Virus record (IMG/VR): IMGVR_UViG_3300006028_000011
Span: 1 to 64,000 of that record
Strand: one strand, 5' to 3'
Source: a virus
Length of the DNA: 64,000 bases
Both the position numbers and the translations under genes were made by a program. Shown here in pieces: positions 46,851 to 54,518 of this stretch. Within the stretch, counting starts at the first letter, position 1. Each line of letters opens with the position of its first letter. The notes beneath the pieces are model-generated. The model had not been told where the DNA came from. It was given only the letters and a program-made list of their open reading frames with translations, and did not search any database.

Positions 46851-47293
46851 ATGCCTCGCGGCTTCGCGCGCCAGCGGCCAGGGGCGACCCGTGCCGCGCG
46901 CGAACGCAATCTGGTGTGCACCGTGGTGCGGCCCATGTAGCCGGCCATGGCCTGGACGACTTCGGAGAACGTCAGGCCGCCGGGAGGCGCGCCCTCCAGC
47001 AGCGCCGCGAGGCGTACATCGGCGCCCTCGCGGAAGCGGGGCGTCTCCGGAGTCGGGTCGCTATGCGCCGGTGCCTCCCGGCGGATGGCCAGGGCCTCGG
47101 CCTCGGCGGCTTCCTCCCATGTGCCGTGCGGCTCCAGTTCCAGCCGCGCGACTTCCGCCCACCAGGCCTTGCGGGCGTGCTCGCTCCACCGCCGCAGTGG
47201 ATCGCAGCTCATGCCCACGTAGAGGAGGTGCCCGTCGGCGTCGAAGAGGCGGTAGACGCTCGCGGGTAGACGTGGGCCTGGCAGGAACGTCAT
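46847..47293 (-). CDS. GIY-YIG nuclease-family protein
   Basis: VYRLFD...LLYVGMS...RWSEH...AEALAIRRE. Confidence 0.75.
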   Translation of the reverse strand: MTFLPGPRLPASVYRLFDADGHLLYVGMSCDPLRRWSEHARKAWWAEVARLELEPHGTWEEAAEAEALAIRREAPAHSDPTPETPRFREGADVRLAALLEGAPPGGLTFSEVVQAMAGYMGRTTVHTRLRSRAARVAPGRWRAKPRGM

Positions 47294-47952
47294 CGCTCCT
47301 CCGGCCGCCGCGGCGTCGTCGAGCTGGCCCGGAACCGGCCGTGGCTCGGGCGCGTGGCCGCCAGCACCTCCAGATACTTCCGGACGGTGTTCTCGGACAT
47401 GAACTCCTCCATCTCGACGACGTAGTGCTTGAACGGGTGCCCCGAGAGGGGCGCCTCCCAGAGGAGGTCGGCCAGGCGCTCGACAGCGGTCGACTCGACG
47501 GCGGGCGCGGGAGGAGGTGTCGGCGGTGAAGCCTCGGCCTCGACCACCGCCGTCACCTCCTCCCGGAGCCTGTACGCCACCCACCGCTGCACCCCGAGGG
47601 CGATCAGCGCGAGCAGCCCGATCCCCGACGCGGGGTCGAACAGGCCCTTCCACCAGGCCACCAGGAGCCACCCGACGACCCCTGCCGCGAATGGCCGGGC
47701 GGCCGCCCCGACGGGCCCGTTGAGGTACCGCCAGAGCCTGCCCAGCCCGACCCCCGCCCCGACGAGTAGGAGGGCCCGCACCAGGCCGGGCAGGTACCAC
47801 CCCGCGAAGGCGACCCCCACCACGGCCAGCACGACCCCTCCCCCCCGCCGGACGAGGCGGGAGAAGTCCAGCCGCGTCGCCCAGGCAATTCCGAGTTCGA
47901 ATGCCTGCTGTGCGATCTGCGTTTTGGGCGATTTGGGCGACTGGACTCCCAC
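47290..47952 (-). CDS. Multi-TM membrane protein
   Basis: About 4 hydrophobic segments plus a soluble C-terminus. Confidence 0.6.
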   Translation of the reverse strand: MGVQSPKSPKTQIAQQAFELGIAWATRLDFSRLVRRGGGVVLAVVGVAFAGWYLPGLVRALLLVGAGVGLGRLWRYLNGPVGAAARPFAAGVVGWLLVAWWKGLFDPASGIGLLALIALGVQRWVAYRLREEVTAVVEAEASPPTPPPAPAVESTAVERLADLLWEAPLSGHPFKHYVVEMEEFMSENTVRKYLEVLAATRPSHGRFRASSTTPRRPEER

Positions 47953-47953
47953 G

Positions 47954-48484
47954 TCACCGACCCCGCGGAGTGGGGGAGGCGGGGAGCGCCGGACCCGTGT
48001 CGACGGCCTGGCAGATGTTGGCCGCGGGCTTGATCCCGAGGTAGGTGGCGGCGAGCGACGCGGCGCCGCTCTGGCCCAGCGTCATGGCCACGAGGACGAC
48101 GGGCAACAGGGCCACGCCGACCGCGATGCCGACCGGACCGATCCGGGTCGCCATGCGGTGCCCGTGCGTGGACAGCGCGTGACCCTGCGGCGTCAGCTTC
48201 ATCAGCAGGACGCCCGTCCCGATGCTGAGGGCGCTGACGAGCACGAACACCAGATCGAGGGGCCGCACCACCCCCAGGAGTCGGTTCAGGAACGTGTTGA
48301 GCCAGGCCTCGAGGAGGCCGGTGTAGATGATGTAGATCAGGCCGGCCGACACCGCGACCGCGAGCCAGGTCTTGAAGTGCGAGTTGCTCGCCCGGCCGCC
48401 GCCGCCACCACCTCCCGCGCCCGGCGGGGCGCCTCCACCGCGGCCCGGCCGGGTCCAGTCGCTGATCTTGTCGAAAACGCTCAT
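47954..48484 (-). CDS. Multi-TM membrane protein
   Basis: Gly-rich N-terminus and about 3 hydrophobic segments. Confidence 0.6.
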   Translation of the reverse strand: MSVFDKISDWTRPGRGGGAPPGAGGGGGGGRASNSHFKTWLAVAVSAGLIYIIYTGLLEAWLNTFLNRLLGVVRPLDLVFVLVSALSIGTGVLLMKLTPQGHALSTHGHRMATRIGPVGIAVGVALLPVVLVAMTLGQSGAASLAATYLGIKPAANICQAVDTGPALPASPTPRGR

Positions 48485-49062
48485 CGAAACCTCCGAATCA
48501 GGGCCACCAGAGATCGGCCGGCGACCCACGGCAGCCCGTAGGCGAGTCGCGCGGAGCAGCGCAGCGTGATCAGCGCGATCACGCCGCCGTAGTGCCAGAC
48601 GCGGCCGAGCCCGATGCCCAGCCGCTCCCAGCCCGGCCAGGGCGGCCGGACCGGCTCGACGTCGATCACGTCGCCGGCGAGGGGGTACTCGTCATCGCCA
48701 TCGGTCAGCGCGGGGACGTAGCGGGTCACCTACCGGCTCCCGTGGGGTCCGGCGACGGCATGTGGCCGTCGCACGAGAGGGTGTAGCCGTGCACGACGAC
48801 CGGGTGGGGGCAGACCGTTCCCCGGACGCCGCCGCTGTAGTACGCCCAGGCCCCGGCCAGGATGACCAGGACGACGATCAGGGCGGTTCCGAGCCCCCCC
48901 CCAGTGGGGCGCGGCTGCGGCTGCCACTGGTTCACCAGGACACCGCCCCGGCGACGCCGGCCGCCACCACGAACACGGCCGCGGCGACGGCCCAGCCGAT
49001 GTGGGCCGTGCCGATCTCGCGCGGCGCCACCCGCAGGATGGCGATGAGCTCCAGCAGCCTGC

Positions 49063-49740
49063 TCATGCGTACTTCCTCCAGGCCCCGGACGTGAACGTCG
49101 TCCAGGGCGTCCAGTTCGAGCCATGCCCCGAGATCGCGGCCGTCTGCTGCGCGGCGCAGCCGAGCGCCTCGGCGCAGGCGACCGTGACCCGCGGGTGGGC
49201 GATCAGGTTGAGTTGCCAGGGGCCATACGACCGCTCCGGGCCCTGGCCGGGATCGCAGCGCGGCGGGCAGAGGTGGACGGCGTCGGAGCGGCCTCCGGAC
49301 TCGGCCATCCCGATCGCGGCGCCCGTGTGGGCGGCAGGCTCGGGAACACCGGCCGCCTGGAGCGCCTGCTCCATCTGGGCTCGCGTGTAGACCACGCCTG
49401 GGCCGGCGGGGACCGGCGGCACGTAGGCCGGGTCCGGCAGGGGGCCGCCCGGCACCGCTCCCCCGGACGCCGGTGGCGAGGGCGGGCCGGCCGGCACGCA
49501 GAGGAACCAGAAGCAGTCCACCTTCCGGACCGCTGGCGCCTCCGGGTTGGTGTTGTTCGGGTGGCTGCACAGCATGACGAGGCACGGCTGCGCCGAGGTG
49601 TTGACGCCGCGCGCCTCCATCCCGGCCAGCACGGCGTCGGTCGCCTTGGCGCTTCGGCCGGGCTGCGAGTACCAGGCATCGAACCCGAGCACCGCGATGA
49701 CGATCAGGACGAGCGCGAGCCCGCGCGGCGCGCAGCCCAT
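49063..49740 (-). CDS. Membrane-anchored lytic transglycosylase (lysozyme-like)
   Basis: N-terminal TM; AIGMAESGG, SYGPWQLN, NWTPW. Confidence 0.8.
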   Translation of the reverse strand: MGCAPRGLALVLIVIAVLGFDAWYSQPGRSAKATDAVLAGMEARGVNTSAQPCLVMLCSHPNNTNPEAPAVRKVDCFWFLCVPAGPPSPPASGGAVPGGPLPDPAYVPPVPAGPGVVYTRAQMEQALQAAGVPEPAAHTGAAIGMAESGGRSDAVHLCPPRCDPGQGPERSYGPWQLNLIAHPRVTVACAEALGCAAQQTAAISGHGSNWTPWTTFTSGAWRKYA

Positions 49741-49873
49741 CACCCGCCCAGCCTGCGAACGGCGCCCGCCGTGGCCCACGCGAGCAGGGCGCCCAGGACG
49801 AAGTAGGCGATGCCCAGGGTGGGGTCGGGGTGCGCGAGGACGGGCGCGGCGGCGACGAGTCGAAGCGCGAAGC

Positions 49874-50737
49874 TCATGCCGCCGCCTGCGTGCTGGCACG
49901 CTGCGCACGGGCCCGCGTTTCGTTCGCGAGCTGCTTGCGGGCGGCCGTGAGGGCACGCTTCGCGGCGTGCTCCTGGAGGCCGGTCGCCGCGGCCACCCGG
50001 CGCCAGTTGCCGCGGGCCCGTGCGATTCGCAGCACGCGGGGATCGACGCGGCGATCCGGGCCCCGCGGCGGCCGCGAATCGTCCTCCGCATCGCCGTCGT
50101 CATCGTCCTGCGAAGCGGCTGGCTCGTCCGGGGACGAGTCATCGTCCTCCAAGAGCCCGCGGTCGACGGCGTTCGATCGCCTCGTGCGAACGAGCAGGTA
50201 CCAGCAGGCCAGGGCGATCACTGGCGGCCACGCGTGCATGCCAACCGAGATCGCATCGCCCGCGTTGGCCAGGACGTTGCCGAGGACCATGATCGCGGCC
50301 GCCACTGCGCTGATCACGCCTGCGAGCCAGGCCGACTTCCCACGGTGCGCCTGGTCGAGCGCGATGATCCCGGTCGCGAGCGAGGCGAGGTCCACGGTCG
50401 TGGGCCACGCGATCGACTCCCAGTTCTCAGGACCGCCGAAGTTGTGCCTGCTCGCGAGGTCGTACAGGCTCGCGTATGAAATCGCGTACGCGAGCACCGA
50501 GATGGCGTACGCCACCAGCTCGGCGGTTCGAGAGAGGGAGGAGGGAGCCGTGCGCATTCGCGCGTATGCCCGGCGCGCCGCGAGCTGGATCGCCTTCCTG
50601 CGACTCCACCACCCTGGCCGACGCCGACGAGCCGGGGGCGTCTCGCTCCCCATGTTCGCGGGTGGCTTCGCGGGGTCGTTCGCGTTCGCTTCGTTCGCGG
50701 TTCGCTCCACCCTTCGCAGCGGGTTCGCAAGTCGCAT
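49874..50737 (-). CDS. DUF2637-like membrane protein with C-terminal HTH
   Basis: AISYASLYDLA...WPTTVD...GNV...HAWPP; start uncertain. Confidence 0.65.
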   Translation of the reverse strand: MRLANPLRRVERTANEANANDPAKPPANMGSETPPARRRRPGWWSRRKAIQLAARRAYARMRTAPSSLSRTAELVAYAISVLAYAISYASLYDLASRHNFGGPENWESIAWPTTVDLASLATGIIALDQAHRGKSAWLAGVISAVAAAIMVLGNVLANAGDAISVGMHAWPPVIALACWYLLVRTRRSNAVDRGLLEDDDSSPDEPAASQDDDDGDAEDDSRPPRGPDRRVDPRVLRIARARGNWRRVAAATGLQEHAAKRALTAARKQLANETRARAQRASTQAAA

Positions 50738-50752
50738 GGCCGCCACCATACA

Positions 50753-50785
50753 GCAAAGTCCGGCGTAATGCTGGCAAAGTCCGGC
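50753..50785. promoter_or_regulatory. Direct-repeat operator candidate
   Basis: GCAAAGTCCGGC x2 at 21-bp spacing between divergent genes. Confidence 0.5.
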
Positions 50786-50827
50786 ATGATGGGCTAGGGT
50801 TAGGGCATCGAACGCTACGATGCCGAC

Positions 50828-51070
50828 GTGACCGCCGAGATCGCGCCATACCTCGCCGAGGCGCTCCGTCGCGAGCAGGGCGCGAAGGACTGGACGACCA
50901 TCGAGTTGGCCGCCCGCGCCAACATCCACCGCAGCCACCTCGCCGAGATCCTGGTGGGGCGTCGGTCGCCGAACGTCGAGACCTTGGAGCGGCTGTGCAG
51001 GGCGCTCGGTCAGCCGATCTCCCGCTTGTTCCTGCAGGCTGAGCGACTGCGAGCAGAGAGGGGAGGGTGA
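50828..51070 (+). CDS. XRE-family HTH regulator
   Basis: WTTIELAARANIHRSHLAEILVGRRSPNVETLERLCRAL. Confidence 0.85.
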   Translation: MTAEIAPYLAEALRREQGAKDWTTIELAARANIHRSHLAEILVGRRSPNVETLERLCRALGQPISRLFLQAERLRAERGG

Positions 51071-51175
51071 TCAGGGCGGCGAGGTGTCGTGCCCCAATGC
51101 GGGCATCAGCCTCGCCGCCCGTCCCTCCCGCGCATCATGAGCCGAAACGCCCCGGGGCGATGAACCTCCGGGCCC

Positions 51176-51202
51176 GGAGGCGCCTCTACAGGGGGCGCCT
51201 CC
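51176..51202. terminator. Hairpin just downstream of cas4
   Basis: GGAGGCGCC...GGCGCCTCC inverted repeat between convergent genes. Confidence 0.5.
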
Positions 51203-51209
51203 ATCCCGG

Positions 51210-51788
51210 TCAGACGCAGACCTTCCGGTAGACGCAGTCGAGGCACTTCGTCGCCGGCGCCCGCCCCGGCATGTCCTCCGTGCCGACCACGGCCTGCATG
51301 TCGGCCACGAGGTTCCGCACGATCCGCTTGTCGGCCTCCCTGATCGCCACCTCGCGGACGACGTCGCCGCCCAGATAGTGCAGGTAGCCGCGGTTAACCA
51401 ACCGGCCGTGCCGCTCCTCGAGGAGCAGGGCGTAGGCCGCGAGCTGCACCAGCTGCTCGGGCCACGGGCGCGCGGGCGGCTCGCCCATCTTCACCTCGTA
51501 CACCGCGAGGTCCCCATCCGCGGCGACCAGGGCGTCGACCTTGCCGCGGAGCCGGAGCCGCTCCGACGACAGCTCAGCGGACATCAACTTCGAGCGGGCC
51601 CGCACGCTGGCGCCCTCCCGCCATCGGTTCTGCTCCCTGGCCGCCCAGCGGTCGTGCTGCTCGCGGCCGTGCTCGGTCTTCACCGTCCCGCGCTGCTTCA
51701 TGCCGAGCACGTACGCGAACCACGTGATCCGGGCGCAGTAGCGGTGGTTCATCAGGTCTCCGACCGACAGGTAGCCGTGGCGATCCAC
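51210..51788 (-). CDS. cas4: CRISPR-associated Cas4
   Basis: YCAR, GKVD, YEVK, QLAAYALLLE, KCLDCVYRKVC (four Fe-S Cys). Confidence 0.93.
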   Translation of the reverse strand: MDRHGYLSVGDLMNHRYCARITWFAYVLGMKQRGTVKTEHGREQHDRWAAREQNRWREGASVRARSKLMSAELSSERLRLRGKVDALVAADGDLAVYEVKMGEPPARPWPEQLVQLAAYALLLEERHGRLVNRGYLHYLGGDVVREVAIREADKRIVRNLVADMQAVVGTEDMPGRAPATKCLDCVYRKVCV

Positions 51789-52090
51789 TACAGCACCTCG
51801 AAGCGATCACGCCGATGGTCGGGGAAGTGCGCCTGGCGGCCGAGGAAGCGGGCGCCCCCGAAGCAGCCGTCGCACATCGGCAGGACGTAGACGCGGTCCG
51901 ACTCGCGGGCGCGCGGGTCCCTGGCGAACAGGCCCTCGATGCGGATCTGGAGCATCTCCCTCCGGTTCCGGGTCAGGTCACCCGCGAACGCCGAGTACTG
52001 CACGCGCTCCAGGCCGAAGTCGAGCAGGAACTCCGCGGTCCGGACGCGCAGGCCGTTGTCGCCGATGTCGTAGATCACGAGCAACCTCAT
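51788..52090 (-). CDS. cas2: CRISPR-associated Cas2
   Basis: MRLLVIYDI...GLERVQYSAF...DRVYVLPMC. Confidence 0.95.
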   Translation of the reverse strand: MRLLVIYDIGDNGLRVRTAEFLLDFGLERVQYSAFAGDLTRNRREMLQIRIEGLFARDPRARESDRVYVLPMCDGCFGGARFLGRQAHFPDHRRDRFEVL

Positions 52091-52106
52091 CCGCCGACGG
52101 GGCCGG

Positions 52107-53108
52107 TCAGGCCCAGCGGTGGACGTACGGCTGGTAGGCGGCGTGGCGACCCAGCAGGAACCCGACGAGGTGACGGGCCTCGCGAACGAGGAGCTCCTGC
52201 CATCGGATCCGCTCGCCGCGGTAGACGAGCTCGTCGTTGAGGCGCTCCAGGACCTGGCCGGCCACGAGCTTGCGGCCGTCGACGCCGAGCAGCACACCGC
52301 CGTCCTCGTGCTCCTCGCCATGGTCTCGGCTGAGCTGCCGCCGGCGCACCAGGGTGAGGACGGCCCGGTCGACGATCGGCTGCCGGACGAGCTCCACGAA
52401 GTCCAGGGTCAGCGACGGCTTGCCCCAGCGGTCCGTGTGGAGGAAGCCGAGAGAGGGCTCGAAGCCGCTGAGGGCGAGAGCTCGCTCAGCCTGCGCGCAC
52501 GCGATGGCGTAGCCGTACGACAGGGCCGCGTTGACGATGTCGCGCGGCGGTCGCCGGGTGCGGCCGTTGAAGCCGATCCCGTGCGGCAGGAGCGCCTTCA
52601 GGCCGTCCATGTACGAGCGACCGATCCGCCCCTCCAGCGCGAACAGCGCGGGCCTCGCGGAATGCAGCGTCGATCCGAAGTCGCGCGATTCATCGAGCAG
52701 CCCGGAGATCGTCCTCCGCTGCTCGGCGGTGGCGGCGGCGTCGAGCACGCGGAGGAGGTGCTGCTGGTTCCGACACTTGGCCGCGACCAGCGCGCTGGCG
52801 ATCGCCACTCCGCGGTTGTCAGTGGCGGCGTCGAGCTGGGCGCGCTTGACGAGCGCGGCGCCCGACAGGGAAGAGGGGACGAAGCGGCCGACGAAGTCCC
52901 CCTTCCAGTCGACGAGCGCGATGTCGGTGCCCGTCTCGGCCGCCAGCGCCAACGCGTCGGTGCTGATCATCTGCTGCGAACCGAGCACGATCTGACGGAC
53001 ATCGTCGGCCGCCCACTCGCGATCCTCTTCGCCTACCTTGACCCTGAATCGCTGGCGATGGCGGCGCACAGCTATCCCGCGTGCATCCAGAACGATGTCC
53101 ATTCTCAC
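52107..53108 (-). CDS. cas1: CRISPR-associated Cas1
   Basis: LEGRIGRSY, RRPPRDIVNAALSYGY, GFLH, SLTLDFVE. Confidence 0.96.
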   Translation of the reverse strand: MRMDIVLDARGIAVRRHRQRFRVKVGEEDREWAADDVRQIVLGSQQMISTDALALAAETGTDIALVDWKGDFVGRFVPSSLSGAALVKRAQLDAATDNRGVAIASALVAAKCRNQQHLLRVLDAAATAEQRRTISGLLDESRDFGSTLHSARPALFALEGRIGRSYMDGLKALLPHGIGFNGRTRRPPRDIVNAALSYGYAIACAQAERALALSGFEPSLGFLHTDRWGKPSLTLDFVELVRQPIVDRAVLTLVRRRQLSRDHGEEHEDGGVLLGVDGRKLVAGQVLERLNDELVYRGERIRWQELLVREARHLVGFLLGRHAAYQPYVHRWA

Positions 53109-53231
53109 TCTCCCGACAGCAAATCTGGGCGACCCACGTGGCCGCGACGACTCAGTTCAGCTCGCTACGTCGGACGAGGTCCCGACGCAGGTCTCGTGGC
53201 ATCCACACTCGCCTACCACCGGCCGTCACCT

Positions 53232-54353
53232 GTGGCAGCCATGCTCGCGCTCCGACCGCTGCAACTGGCGTGGCCAGGCGAGCCGGGCATGGGTGACTTC
53301 GTGGCATCCACGCTCGCGCTCCGTCGGCCGCTGCAACTGGCACGACGGCGCAAGAGAGGATCGAGAGTTGGTGGCATCCACGCTCGCGCTCCGTCGGCCG
53401 CTGCAACAGCGCACCCGCGACTGGGAAGAGAAGTAGGCCGAGTGGCATCCACGCTCGCGCTCCGTCGGCCGCTGCAACCACTCGTCCCGGGCCGGAACGA
53501 CCAGTCATTCACCGTGGCATCCACGCTCGCGCTCCGTCGGCCGCTGCAACCATGCTGTGCCGATCACTCAAGGAGGAGGTGATGCCGTGGCATCCACGCT
53601 CGCGCTCCGTCGGCCGCTGCAACACAGTCGCAGGGCGCCGTAGCTCCCACTGACCATCCCGTGGCATCCACGCTCGCGCTCCGTCGGCCGCTGCAACATA
53701 TTGGGATCTTGGGAGCAGCCTTATTGCCATCGGTGGCATCCACGCTCGCGCTCCGTCGGCCGCTGCAACCGCCTCGCCGGGAGCACGAAGCCACGGCCGA
53801 TTCTCGTGGCATCCACGCTCGCGCTCCGTCGGCCGCTGCAACGCATAGAGTTCAGACAGATGCCGCCGCAATCACCGTCGTGGCATCCACGCTCGCGCTC
53901 CGTCGGCCGCTGCAACCCGCTTGCAGAAGATCATCGACGCCGACCTCAGGTTGTGGCATCCACGCTCGCGCTCCGTCGGCCGCTGCAACTGTGCAGTACC
54001 CTCCGCAGCTTACCGCTCAGTCTACCGGTGGCATCCACGCTCGCGCTCCGTCGGCCGCTGCAACTGACAAAGCGGCGATGATAGCCGCGATAACCGCAGG
54101 TGGCATCCACGCTCGCGCTCCGTCGGCCGCTGCAACCCGCGCGGTTGGCTGCTCGGACGCGGGGCCTCATCCGTGGCATCCACGCTCGCGCTCCGTCGGC
54201 CGCTGCAACCGCCTCGGCGCTGGTGCTCACGGTGATGACCTCTCTGTGGCATCCACGCTCGCGCTCCGTCGGCCGCTGCAACCCGGCAGTGGCAGGCGCC
54301 ATGCGAAGCCATCTTCGTGGCATCCACGCTCGCGCTCCGTCGGCCGCTGCAAC
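53232..54353 (-). CRISPR. CRISPR array: 15 identical 37-nt repeats plus 1 degenerate trailer repeat, 15 spacers of 33-38 nt
   Basis: Minus-strand repeat GTTGCAGCGGCCGACGGAGCGCGAGCGTGGATGCCAC. Perfect copies start at 53301, 53371, 53442, 53514, 53587, 53661, 53733, 53806, 53880, 53953, 54028, 54100, 54173, 54246 and 54317. The degenerate copy at 53232-53265 suggests minus-strand orientation. Confidence 0.98.
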
Positions 54354-54518
54354 CGCAATCGCCAACTCGTAAGCGCCCACAGCAGGCGCTCGGCGTAGAC
54401 TGAATCCGTCATAGAGCCGATGAGCCCGAGTTGCGTCGACGTGGTCAACCTCCCCCTCGCGGTGGCAAGTGAGAGGTCGTCCGCGAGTACAGCAGACGTC
54501 GGGGCGCAGGTGTGGTAT
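54354..54518 (-). promoter_or_regulatory. CRISPR leader region
   Basis: 165-bp gap between the effector stop and the non-degenerate end of the array. Confidence 0.6.

Noticed and set aside
50654-50730. Cluster of TTCGC repeats
   Set aside because: Explained by a low-complexity Ala-Asn linker at the start of the DUF2637-like ORF; no regular period.
53176-53192. 13/17 similarity to the leader at ~54495-54511 as an autoregulatory guide target
   Set aside because: Too short and mismatched to exceed chance in a high-GC sequence.
53917-53952. Spacer translating as QKIIDADL, resembling capsid QVIDADV
   Set aside because: Nucleotide identity is too limited to call self- or relative-targeting.
53038-54400. 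ORFs with repeated peptides (VASTLALRRPLQ, WHPRSRSVGRCN and similar)
   Set aside because: These are translations of the CRISPR repeats.
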